A stretch of 64,000 nt of DNA from Dehalococcoidia bacterium (GTDB taxonomy: Bacteria > Chloroflexota > Dehalococcoidia > Bin125): NCBI GenBank assembly GCA_963662615.2, contig CAXXSR010000001.1:1943984-2007983 (forward strand). The letters are read 5' to 3'. Position 1 is the first letter of the stretch. Every line of letters begins with the position of its first letter. Shown one piece after another: positions 51,259-60,097 of this stretch. Both the position numbers and the translations under genes were made by a program. Under the pieces are notes generated by a model. The model searched no databases and had not been told where the DNA came from. It saw nothing but the letters and a program-made list of their open reading frames with translations.

Positions 51259-51436
51259 GCGTCGAGGACAGGATTGTCCGAGATCCAATCGGGCAGTGTT
51301 GACTCGACCACTCGCCCATCGCGCTGCGCTTCGCGCCTGCCGAACGACTAGCTCGTCTTTACCAGGCGATCAATCTTCGCTCGCGTTTCCTCATCCAGCT
51401 TGAGGTCGGGATGCGCGCAGAACAGTACTGTCCGGC
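51259..51436. repeat. Two half copies of the long-form palindromic repeat
   Basis: 51259-51289 is the reverse complement of 47426-47456 with 2 mismatches. GCAGAACAGTACTGTCCGGC at 51417-51436. Confidence 0.7.
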
Positions 51437-51439
51437 GAT

Positions 51440-51640
51440 TAACAGTCCCCAGGTGCCCGTCGGCCCGGGTTCCGGAGAGCCGCTTCCCACAACGCGCGCA
51501 GAGGGGACGGGCCTACGGGATCCGCACCATCCCCAATAGGGCGGCCCGCTGATGCACGAGCTGGCGCGTGACCCCGAACTCCGTGGCGAGCTTCGTCTGC
51601 TCCCCGAACGGGATCTCGCCGGAAGGGAATACGGTCGAGC
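51440..51640 (-). pseudogene. HTH plus CxxC phage-like regulator remnant
   Basis: EQTKLATEFGVTRQLVHQRAALLG...RIP*ARPLCARCGKRL with an internal TAG. Confidence 0.45.
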
Positions 51641-51854
51641 AGCGCCATATCCACGGCGTAGGACCTGCTGCCCGGCTTGGCCAGTGACTGGACGGTGCGG
51701 GCGGCGGGGGACCGTCCACGAGCGCGGTAATTCATGGCAATCTCGGCGGCGGCGCGCATGAATCGCGTTTCCGCGCAGCGAGCCATTCGGCGACGGATTA
51801 TTGCAGGTTGTCGACGCGGGGGCGTCGCCGCCAACCACGCCCACGGGTCCCACC

Positions 51855-51917
51855 GAGCAGGTCAAACTGACCGCCGCCGACGCCGCCCAGGATGACGCAT
51901 TTGGCGTGAGCGTCGCC
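51855..51917 (+). pseudogene. FG-GAP repeat fragment
   Basis: EQVKLTAADAAQDDAFGVSVA, ending at the tRNA fragment. Confidence 0.55.
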
Positions 51918-51918
51918 A

Positions 51919-51952
51919 AGCGGGAGAAGGGGCTCGAACCCTCGACCCTCTG
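51919..51952 (-). repeat. 3' fragment of a second tRNA (probably tRNA-Gly), att-like scar
   Basis: CAGAGGGTCGAGGGTTCGAGCCCCTTCTCCCGCT: T-arm plus acceptor 3' strand ending CCCGC-U. Confidence 0.6.
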
Positions 51953-52177
51953 TGCGCACGCTCGGGGTCAGCGAGCAGATGTCGTGGGAGGGCAAAACTC
52001 CGTCCGACTCCGGCTACCAGAGAGGGAACGCGCACGTCTCATAACCGTGCCGCACAAGTTTCGGGCCGGCATAACCCCGCGCCTTTTCGGTTCAGCCGAG
52101 GGAGGCCGTTGAGTCCCCGGTACCCTCAAGTCCGGTCCGATGCCGGCGCGGCCGGCTGGGCAGGGGGAAGCGATCGC

Positions 52178-52702
52178 ATGGACCACGCGGACCACGTTAA
52201 CCTCTTGCGGGACGGCATCCCCGGACTCGGTGGCGTCTGGGCGGACTTCGGCGCGGGTTGGGGAGCGTTTACGCTCGCCCTCGCCGACTTAATCGGCCCA
52301 ACCGGCGACATCCATGCCATCGACCAAGATAAGAGCGCGCTGCAGGCGAATGCACGCAGCATGCACGCGCGATTCCCGGACCTCCGCGTCCAATACGAGG
52401 TGGGCGACTACACGGAACCCCTCCCGCTCCCGCCGCTCGACGGCATCGTGATGGCGAACACCCTGCACTTTCAGCTCGACCAGCCGATGGTCGTACGCCA
52501 CTGTCGCCGCTACCTGCGGCCCGGGGGCCGGCTGCTGCTCGTCGAATACAACCTGGACCGGGCGCACGTCGCCGTACCGCATCCCGTCGCCTATCCCCGC
52601 TGGCGCCGCATCGCCCAGGACGCCGGGTTCGGCCACACGGCGCTGCTCGCTACGCGCCCGAGCCAGTTTCTTCGCGAGATGTACGCGGCCGTCAGCTGGT
52701 AA
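52178..52702 (+). CDS. Class I SAM-dependent methyltransferase
   Basis: WADFGAGWGAFT, HAID, LDGIVMANTLHF, LRPGGRLLLVEY. Confidence 0.88.
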   Translation: MDHADHVNLLRDGIPGLGGVWADFGAGWGAFTLALADLIGPTGDIHAIDQDKSALQANARSMHARFPDLRVQYEVGDYTEPLPLPPLDGIVMANTLHFQLDQPMVVRHCRRYLRPGGRLLLVEYNLDRAHVAVPHPVAYPRWRRIAQDAGFGHTALLATRPSQFLREMYAAVSW

Positions 52703-52875
52703 GACCTGTTCCGGCCCAAACCCCCACCCCGTCTAGTACCGCGCCATCCAATACTTGTGCCGCACAAGCTCGCGACAGGAGGTCGGAACCGCCACCCGGA
52801 AGTCCGACGGTCGTGGAATAGCAGATTGGGAAGCAGAGGGTGCAAGCAGGCGGGGCGGTCCGTCCGCGCTGAGGT

Positions 52876-53826
52876 TCAGGAACTGAGCAGGCGCGCGGCC
52901 GGACTGAAGCTGGAGTGCGCGTCCGCCGCTTTCGCGGCGTCGTACGTGGCGGAATATCGGCGCACCATCGCCGAGGTGGAGTGGCCGAGCAGGTACTGGA
53001 CGTCCAGTTCCCGGGCGTGGTTCTCGATCGCCCAAGTGGCGAAGGTGTGGCGGAAGCGGTGCGGGTTGGCGTGCACGCCCGCCCGTTGGCCGAGCCGTGT
53101 GAAGAGGGTCCCGAGGAGGTACTTGTTCATCGGGCGCCGCGGCTCCCCCCAGCGGGAGACGGTCAGGAACAGCGGCCCCTCATCCTCCCCACGGAAACGC
53201 GCGACGTATTCCCGGAGCGCGGCCTCCGGCCCATCCCCGAACGGCACCACTCGCTGCTTGCGCCCCTTGCCGTGGCGGATATGGATGCGGCGGTCCTCCC
53301 AGGACACGTCGGCCAGGCTGAGCTGGTGCAGCTCCGCGTAGCGCATGCCCGTGTCGAGGAAGAGCAGGATGATCGCCCGGTTGCGACAGCCGAACTCCTC
53401 GGTCGGGTCGCAGAGGTCGAGCAGCGCCTGGATTTCCCCCTCCGACAGCGGCTGGATCACCTTCTGCTCCACTTTCACATTGGGGATGCCCGTGAACGGG
53501 CTCGTGGCGCAGCCGCCCATCCGGGTGCACCAGGAGAAGAAGGCGCGCGTTTCCCGGAAGCGGCGGTGCCGGGTGCCCAGGGAGACCCCGCGGTCAGCGA
53601 TCACCTTGAGGAAGGCGTAGACGTGGGCTGGGCGGAACTCGGCGACTCGCTGGGGCAGCCCCCGCTGCAGGCAGATCGCGTGGAACATGCCCAGGGTCTC
53701 GGCGTACGCCTCGACTGTGCGCGGGCTCTTCCCCTCCACATCGCAGGCAGCCAGGTAGGACGCGATCGCCTCTTCCAGGCCCATGCAGTCGTCGGTGCGG
53801 GGCATTATTTCCGCGATCAAGATCAC
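52876..53826 (-). CDS. Tyrosine recombinase/integrase (copy 2)
   Basis: Close paralogue of 43166-44113 with an intact R-K-HxxR-H-Y set. Confidence 0.93.
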   Translation of the reverse strand: MILIAEIMPRTDDCMGLEEAIASYLAACDVEGKSPRTVEAYAETLGMFHAICLQRGLPQRVAEFRPAHVYAFLKVIADRGVSLGTRHRRFRETRAFFSWCTRMGGCATSPFTGIPNVKVEQKVIQPLSEGEIQALLDLCDPTEEFGCRNRAIILLFLDTGMRYAELHQLSLADVSWEDRRIHIRHGKGRKQRVVPFGDGPEAALREYVARFRGEDEGPLFLTVSRWGEPRRPMNKYLLGTLFTRLGQRAGVHANPHRFRHTFATWAIENHARELDVQYLLGHSTSAMVRRYSATYDAAKAADAHSSFSPAARLLSS

Positions 53827-53958
53827 CCCCTTTCCCCACGTCCATGGACGCTCTGGCGGGCGACGAAGTCAAGCAAAATCCGGAGCAGAACCGTTGCAGT
53901 CATCTGCTCCAGGCCCTCATTGGGGCCGGATTCGCCGCGGTCCTATTAAGAAGCGGGG

Positions 53959-54003
53959 TGGTGGGCCCTCAGGGATTCGAACCCTGGACCTTCGGATTAA
54001 AAG
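53959..54003 (-). repeat. tRNA-Lys(TTT) 3' half (att site)
   Basis: CTTTTAATCCGAAGGTCCAGGGTTCGAATCCCTGAGGGCCCACCA. Begins exactly at the anticodon loop. Confidence 0.88.
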
Positions 54004-54117
54004 GAAGCAGCTCGGTCGGTTTGAGAGCGGGTGCCGGCCGCACTCCGCGACGATGTGGGCGTCCGCGTAGAGCGGGCTGCGTGGGCCGAGAAGTGGACAG
54101 GTGGCACTCGACGTCTC

Positions 54118-54816
54118 CTACGCCACCCGCGTTCCGCGGGACTTGCGACCCGAGTGGGGGACGTGGAGCAGCGCGCGATACATGCGCGTCATTGTTCTCG
54201 GTTCCTGCGGCAGTATGGGCACCGGGGCAGCAGTGAGGGCATCATCCCAGCCCGCAGCGAAGGCCTGATCGCGATCCCGTTTCTTATAGACGGCGCTGCG
54301 CGACACGTTCGCAGCTTCACAGGCGGCGCGGACGTTCCGCGTCTCCGCGAGCACGGCCAAGAACCGTGGTTCCCACCCACGCCGCGCCCGAACGCGGTGT
54401 CGGACTGGTCCGCGCCATGCCGCCGGTGCCGATGTCTCCATTGGCGTATGGTCTTCCGCCGGAATCTCCTGCACCACCCCCGGGTGGTGGCCGACCGGCG
54501 CGGGCCGACGGGCCGCATACCGTTTCCCAGGCGCCGGGCCGTACTGCTCCGGTCGGAGGAGTTGGAGAATGAAGCGTATGGCCGTACCAGACCCCTGCAT
54601 CGCCGACACCCATAGCGCCTCGAGCAGGCGGTCATAGAACTCATCAGCGATCTCGGTGAACCGGGCGTCAAACGGATCGTCGCTCTCCCGGCGCCGATGC
54701 ACGGTCCGGGGACTCACGCCAGCCGCGCGGGCTGCCCAGCCGATGTTGCCACAGACCGCGAAGGCCTCAAAGAACCGGGGTTCCCAATCGCGTGGAGGCC
54801 GTCCGCGACGCGGCAT
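54118..54816 (-). CDS. Terminase-small-subunit-like protein with two HTH modules
   Basis: WEPRFFEAFAVCGNIGWAARAAGVSPRTVHRRR...RFILQLLRPEQYG and WEPRFLAVLAETRNVRAACEAANVSRSAVYKKR...FAAGWDDA. Own GGGAG RBS and ATG at 54816. Confidence 0.55.
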   Translation of the reverse strand: MPRRGRPPRDWEPRFFEAFAVCGNIGWAARAAGVSPRTVHRRRESDDPFDARFTEIADEFYDRLLEALWVSAMQGSGTAIRFILQLLRPEQYGPAPGKRYAARRPAPVGHHPGVVQEIPAEDHTPMETSAPAAWRGPVRHRVRARRGWEPRFLAVLAETRNVRAACEAANVSRSAVYKKRDRDQAFAAGWDDALTAAPVPILPQEPRTMTRMYRALLHVPHSGRKSRGTRVA

Positions 54817-54839
54817 GCCTTTTCTCCCGTCGCTGCCCT

Positions 54840-55857
54840 GAGATCTGACAGAACCCGCGAGACGCATCAGGGGTTCCCGGATCGCGTGCCGATCGAGGAG
54901 GTGATGGTCGCGCTGATTCTCGTACGCGAGGAGGCACCGATAGCAGGCGGCAGAGCAGTCCCCCGCGTCTTGCTCTGACCCCTCCGCATCGTAGTGGCAC
55001 AGCTGCAGTGCCCGCCTGGCGGCGGCGGCCAGTCCTTCGTCCTCGAGGAGGCGCTCACAGACGCCGATGCCCCCCTCGGCCGCTTCGAAGAACATGAGCC
55101 TCCGTTGATCGCCGACCCCTATCAGTTCGGCCGCGAGTTCGCGTTCCTCGACCTGGTAGGCGAGTTGGATGCCCCGCTTCAAAGCATGCAGGAGCGAGAC
55201 CAGGATGCGTTCCTGTTCCTGGTCATCCTGGATGGGGACCGATATGAGCAGAAGGTTGCGGTTCTCACGAACGAACGGCTTCACCTGGGAGATTGGCTGG
55301 CGAGCATCTGGTTCCACGTCGTTGTCGGTATCCGTTCGAGGCGGTCGCCCCCAGCGCTGCCGGTCTGGATCAAGTACGAAGCCCTCGGGCGAGCCAGCCT
55401 GCCGCCAGCCGTGGTTCACGCGCCAGATCTCTGCAGCCGGTGCGAACTCCAGGGTGACGACTTCGCCATCGTCGTCAGCTGCGGCGGTGCTCGTGCTAGT
55501 CCCTTCCCCGTAGCGGAAGTATGTCTGTACCCGGTAGCCCGTGCGGACGCGCTCCTCCTCCTCGGAGCGGATTCGCTGTCGGGGACTGGTTCGCGCGGGC
55601 GGCTGCGGGAGCAGCTGCGGCAGCAGTTCGGAGTTATCGGCGGTGAGCTGGTCGCCACAGTGCTCACACATCTCGGCGTCCAACGACGCTCCGGTGTGGA
55701 TGAACCCGCAACCTGCGCATGCCCGCGCCTGTTCGCGAACCTCGTCGAAACCGCCAGGCGGCATGACGACCCCGACCACCTGGTGGCGCCGCCCTTCGTG
55801 GTAAATGACGTTGTGCGGCCCGAACTCCTGAAGCCCGAGGAAGCGTGGCCTGTCCAA
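54840..55857 (-). pseudogene. C-terminal part of a DUF1998 (MrfA-type Zn-binding) DEAD/DEAH helicase
   Basis: EFGPHNVIYHEG, CAGC/CEHC, SLLHALKRG, EAAEGGIG, CH...CSAACYRCLLAYENQRDH. Helicase core absent. Confidence 0.75.
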
Positions 55858-55864
55858 CGACCGC

Positions 55865-56605
55865 GCAAACCTGCGCGCTCGAGGTGAGCGGTTGCTCGGC
55901 GAAGCCGCGCTCCTGCAACCTGCTCAGCACATCGTCCGCAGTGGTGGTCTGTCCCAGCCGGTTCCATGCGAAGTCGCTCAGGAGCAGACGTACGGCGGCC
56001 GGCTCAGCCGGCTTGCCATCAGCACGCTGGACCAGCGCGGGGATGCGCTGCTCCAGGGAACGGACGAGTTGCCCGTGCCCGACTGTCTCGAATTCGGTTC
56101 TCCGCAGCTTCAGGTACGCGTCGGCTGCGTCTTGGGCGATGGGCGTGACCTTGTCGAATGCCGCTTGCAACTCGACGGACAGCAGGCGGCGGAAATCTTC
56201 AAGACTCGCCGCAGTTCGGGACCGCTCGGTGAGTTCTCGCATGTCTCGCGCGCTGTCTTGGCTGACGAACACCACCCGATCCCTGTCGTTCCCGTCGAAG
56301 TGGCGGAAGAGGTCGCCAAGAACGCTCCGGCCAGGGGTCGGGGTGGCTCGGATGAGCTGATAGGGGGTCCAGGCGCTCGAAGACGCCGGCGCTTGGCGCT
56401 TGACCGAGTGGTACGCGCGCGCGCCGGAGGGGAGGACCGTGTAGAACTCGACGCCGAGTCCGTCTTCTCCCGCTGGCTCAAGGTGCAGCTCGGTGATCTC
56501 GTCGGCGAGCAGGTCCAGCAGGCGGTCGACCGTCCACGCCGCCTCGTAAAGGTCGGCGACCTTCGATGCGGTGCCACCGGGGAGACTCGGTAGGGCCATC
56601 GTCAT
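55865..56605 (-). pseudogene. N-terminal PD-(D/E)xK-like nuclease domain of a truncated defence (AVAST/NACHT-type) protein
   Basis: GGTASKVADLYEAAWTV...EPAGEDGLGVEF...YHSVKRQ...WT. Ends abruptly at the helicase fragment. Confidence 0.55.
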
Positions 56606-56935
56606 TCGTATTGGGAGAGTCTTCGCCCAGTGTACCCCGCGACTCGACGGGGAGAGCGCTGTCGTGGTTCGCGGAGGCCGAGCGCCTACGCGACCTGGAG
56701 ATGGCGATGTCGGCCGTGTCCCGAGTGACGCTGGTCCCGGAGACGGTGCCGGGGCAGGCGATCTGGTGGCTCGCCCAATCTAAGTTCCTCCCCCCAGGTC
56801 CGAAGGGGCTTCCGTAGCGCCTATTGCAGCTGCTTTCAGTTGTGAAGGATCCGCGCTCTTGAGCCAACTCGATAATGGCTTATGGGAGCGCTGCTTCGAT
56901 CAGTCTGGCACCGGTTGCTGCCCTAGCCTCCAGCC

Positions 56936-57163
56936 CTACTCCGCCTCCCGCAGCTCCGGCAGCCCGCGCACGATTCGCACGGTCTCGACGCTGATCGTCA
57001 CGATGCGTTTTACGAGGTCGAGGATGTAGAGAGGCTCACCGCGCTCGTGGCCCCAGTCGTTGACGTCGTTGACGATGCCGGAGGCCTTGTCGGTCTTCAC
57101 CTGGTAGCGGTCGATCAGCCACGCCAGCGCCGAGCGCGGGCCGACAACGTAGTCGTGGAGCCA
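56936..57163 (-). pseudogene. C-terminal fragment of a Type ISP restriction-modification enzyme
   Basis: DYVVGPRSALAWLIDRYQVKTDKASGIVNDVNDW...YILDLVKRIVTISVETVRIV..LP. Confidence 0.8.
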
Positions 57164-57164
57164 G

Positions 57165-57557
57165 TGCCCGCGCTTCCTGATGCGCGATCGCGACACGAGC
57201 TCCGAGCGCGACTTCATCCCGCAGGCCGCCGCGCGCGGGATCCGCACCAGCCTCACGCCCGGGCGCGCCCCGCAGGCGACCGCGATCGCCGAACGCGTCA
57301 GCGGCTCGCTCCGCCGCGAGTGCCTCGTCCACGTGACCGTCGTCAACGCGCGCTAGCTCCGCCGCGGGCGGCGGGAGTACGGGCGCTCCGACAACGCGGC
57401 GCGTCCTCACCGCGCGCTGGCGCTCGAGCCGCCGGAGGGGCCGCGCCCACCACGGCACCGCGGGGCGCGCGTCGCCGCGCGTCCCGGCCTCGGGGGGCTG
57501 CATCCACGTCTCCGCCTGGGCAACCTGAGGGGAGGACGGTGTTTGGCCACCCCACAG
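57165..57557 (+). mobile_element. Degenerate IS remnant (rve integrase core plus terminal IR)
   Basis: PRFLMRDRD...APQATAIAERVSGSLRRECL and the end GTTTGGCCACCCCACAG, homologous to the IS at 60095-61222. Confidence 0.75.
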
Positions 57558-57737
57558 GGAATGAGATCACGATCGCGCGGCTGGCCTCCTCCGCGAAGTA
57601 CTCGCGCCGGAACTCCATCCGGCCCAGTCCGCTTGGGCCCTGGACATTACTGAGCTTTAGGTCCCGCTATCCAGTCGCAATCCCACTGGGCCAGCCTGCT
57701 GGCAGCGGTGCTTGAGCACGCAGCACCTCCGCTGCCC

Positions 57738-58110
57738 TCAGTGCCAATCGTGGGCCTGCGGCATGGGGACACCGGTGAGGAGGGACTCCACCTGCGCCAC
57801 GACGAGCGTGGTGGTCCCGTCCCAGCGTGTCACCCGCAGCACCGTCCCGTCGGCCGCCTCCGCCACGGTGGCGGCGGGCCGGACATCCGGGGGCAGCGTG
57901 GGCCGCACGAACGCCATCAGGTGGCCGCGGGGGTAGAGCCCCAGCGCCCGGTACTCCCCCACCATCTTTTCGGAGGCGCTCCAGCCCGCCAGCGTGGGGA
58001 CCTCCGTCGCCACCGCCAAGGCGCGCTGGCCGCCGCGGGCCGGCGGGATGGCGCCTTCGGCCTCCCAGAGCGCCCGCCGGCGGTTGGGGGTGATCGCATC
58101 GACGGCCCCG
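57738..58110 (-). pseudogene. dnaE2: dnaE2 C-terminal remnant with an internal deletion
   Basis: NRRRALWE...EKMVGEYRALGLYPRGHLMAFVR...DGTVLRV|TRWDGTTTLVV...AHDWH*. Aligns by eye with the C-terminus of 5836-9210. Confidence 0.7.
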
Positions 58111-58288
58111 CCACATCAAACTGCTCGGGGTGCGATTGGCACCGACAGGTCAGTCCCGGTGAGGCTAGGACACACTCCAGAGGCGTCGGGCGTGCGGCGA
58201 TGCTGCCCCGCCCCCCGCAGGACTCGCACGCGCGGTTCGAACGCGGTGCGGAGCTCGTCTAGCTGCGGCGCAACGGTCCGGTTTGGAC

Positions 58289-58625
58289 CTACTGTCGAAG
58301 CGCGTCTGGCCGGCCGTCCGGCATCACCGCCTGGTGCCCCAGCTGCGGCCCCGCCGCGGGCGCGCTCGCCCGTTCCAGCCGCTCGTCCAGCGGCAGGTCC
58401 TCGTTCCAGTGGGTGGCCCTGATGCGCCGCCCATTGAACTGTGCCGACTCCTCACTCGCGAGCCAGAGCGCCGGCGCCTCCATGATCGACGGCTGGTGGA
58501 GCACCTCTGGGTCCATGTGCCCGACGGTCATTCCCGAGTACGTCCCACCGCCCGGCACGAGTACGTTGGCCGTCACGCCGCTCCCCTCCAGCTCCTGGGC
58601 AAGGATCGCGACCAGGCGCCTCAGC
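58289..58625 (-). pseudogene. C-terminal fragment of an SDR oxidoreductase
   Basis: LAQELEGSGVTANVLVPGG...PALWLASEESAQFNGRRI. Confidence 0.7.
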
Positions 58626-58744
58626 CGTAAGGGTCCAAGAGCCCCTGGCAACACTGTTGTTCGTTTTGCTAGTGGAGTTCTATCAACTGGTAAAGGCTAC
58701 GTGCTTCCAGAGTCGTCAGTCTATCAAAGCTGACGAAGGTTTAT

Positions 58745-59575
58745 TCATACCCATTGAGCCCGCCCTTCGCTCCCCTCATCGACGGCCCCGGAAGCGCCGC
58801 CTCCGTCATTCTCCGGAACCACGTCGTCGCGCTGAGCGTTGTCCACATCCGGGAGCAGCGCCCCGCTCCCGTCGTCCACGGCCCCGGAAGCGCCGCCTCC
58901 GTCATCCTCTGGAACCACGTCGTCGCGCTGAGCGTTGTCCACATCCGGGAGCCGCCCTTCGGTCCCCTCATCGACGGCCCCGGAAGCGCCGCCTCCGTCA
59001 TCCTCCCGAATCACATCGTCGCGCTGAGCGTTGTCCACATCCGGGAGCAGCACCCCGCTCCCGTCGTCCACGGCCCCGGAAGCACCGCCTCCGTCATCCT
59101 CCCGAATCACATCGTCGCGCTGAGCGTTGTCCACATCCGGGAGCCGCCCTTCGGTCCCCTCATCGATGGCCCCGGAAGCGCCGCCTCCGTCATCCTCCCG
59201 AATCACATCGTCGCGCTGAGCGTTGTCCACATCCGGGAGCAGCACCCCGCTCCCGTCGTCCACGGCCCCGGAAGCGCCGCCTCCGTCATCCTCCGGAACC
59301 ACGTCGTCGCGCTGGGCAGTGTCTACGCCTGGCGGCGGCTGGCCGAAGCGCTCCAGGGTCGCCCCGTGTTGGATCGAGACTGCTCTCCCCGCGAAAACTG
59401 CAGAAAACTTCTCCAGCTCTTCGGAAGGAGTCCCAGGTTGCGCACACTTACACGCGTGGACCTGCCCGCGGTCCCCAAGGAACCAAAGGACACCCACCAT
59501 GAGCGCGAGGCTCAATACGGCTGCTCGTACGGCCGTGGACCCAATCCCCTGCCGCTTTGCAATCACTGGCCGCAT
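58745..59575 (-). CDS. Secreted protein: TIMP/NTR-like CxC start joined to six acidic 32-aa repeats (possibly chimeric)
   Basis: Signal peptide, HA-CKCAQP...SAVFAGRAVSI, then (VDNAQRDDVxxEDDGGGASGAVDxGxxxxLPD) six times. Confidence 0.55.
   Translation of the reverse strand: MRPVIAKRQGIGSTAVRAAVLSLALMVGVLWFLGDRGQVHACKCAQPGTPSEELEKFSAVFAGRAVSIQHGATLERFGQPPPGVDTAQRDDVVPEDDGGGASGAVDDGSGVLLPDVDNAQRDDVIREDDGGGASGAIDEGTEGRLPDVDNAQRDDVIREDDGGGASGAVDDGSGVLLPDVDNAQRDDVIREDDGGGASGAVDEGTEGRLPDVDNAQRDDVVPEDDGGGASGAVDDGSGALLPDVDNAQRDDVVPENDGGGASGAVDEGSEGRAQWV
58760..59326. repeat. 96-bp tandem repeat x6 with alternating A/B variants
   Basis: Units alternate ...DDGSGVLLPD and ...DEGTEGRLPD. Confidence 0.92.
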
Positions 59576-59804
59576 GACCCATTTCCCTTGTCCTGGTTGA
59601 CTCTGCTCTACGCCTCTATTGAGTAAGACGCTGCGAGAACCTGGATGGTTCCAATGAGTCTGCGTCCGCCGCGGAATCAGGAGTTAGTCCTCGCTGCGCA
59701 TTCACAGCTGAAGAGAAGGTCAACCCCTAACTCAGGCTGGTTGCAACGGCATGGGCACGAGCGACATTGGCAGCCGGCGCTGCCATCCTGTCATAATCAT
59801 GCGG

Positions 59805-59910
59805 CAGCAGCCCGGCAGCAGCTCCAGCCGCTGGGCCGGGCTGCCCGTCCATGCTGACCAGTCGAAGCCGTGGAGCAGGCCGCAGCAGACCTCGTACTTC
59901 TCCTGCATCA
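59805..59910 (-). pseudogene. hsdR: Fragment of a Type I restriction subunit HsdR (DUF3387 region)
   Basis: VMQEKYEVCCGLLHGFDWSAWTGSPAQRLELLP. Confidence 0.65.
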
Positions 59911-60097
59911 CGGTGGCGGCGGGCCGGACATCCGGGGGCAGCGTGGGCCGCACGAACGCCATCAGGTGGCCGCGGGGGTAGAGCCCCAGCGCCCGGTACT
60001 CCCCCACCATCTTTTCGGAGGCGCTCCAGCCCGCCAGCGTGGGGACCTCCGTCGCCACCGCCAAGGCGCGCTGGCCGCCGCGGGCCGCCGGGATGGC
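59909..60097 (-). repeat. 189-bp duplicate of the dnaE2 remnant (57864-58052)
   Basis: Sequences identical apart from one mismatch seen. Confidence 0.9.

Larger units (their letters stand above)
44250..54003 (-). mobile_element. Genomic island bounded by tRNA-Lys direct repeats, carrying integrase copy 2
   Basis: ~45-bp tRNA 3'-end direct repeats at both ends; integrase immediately inside the right repeat. Confidence 0.8.

Noticed and set aside
34179-51436. CRISPR array interpretation of the palindromic repeats
   Set aside because: The copies are too divergent and irregularly spaced, are separated by whole genes, and no cas genes are present.
54118-55857. Genuine 579-aa helicase-HTH fusion protein
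   Set aside because: The helicase core is missing, and the HTH part has its own RBS and ATG at 54816. Best explained as a deletion join.
58760-59326. CRISPR interpretation of the 96-bp tandem repeat
   Set aside because: There are no unique spacers, and the unit length is a multiple of three within an open frame.
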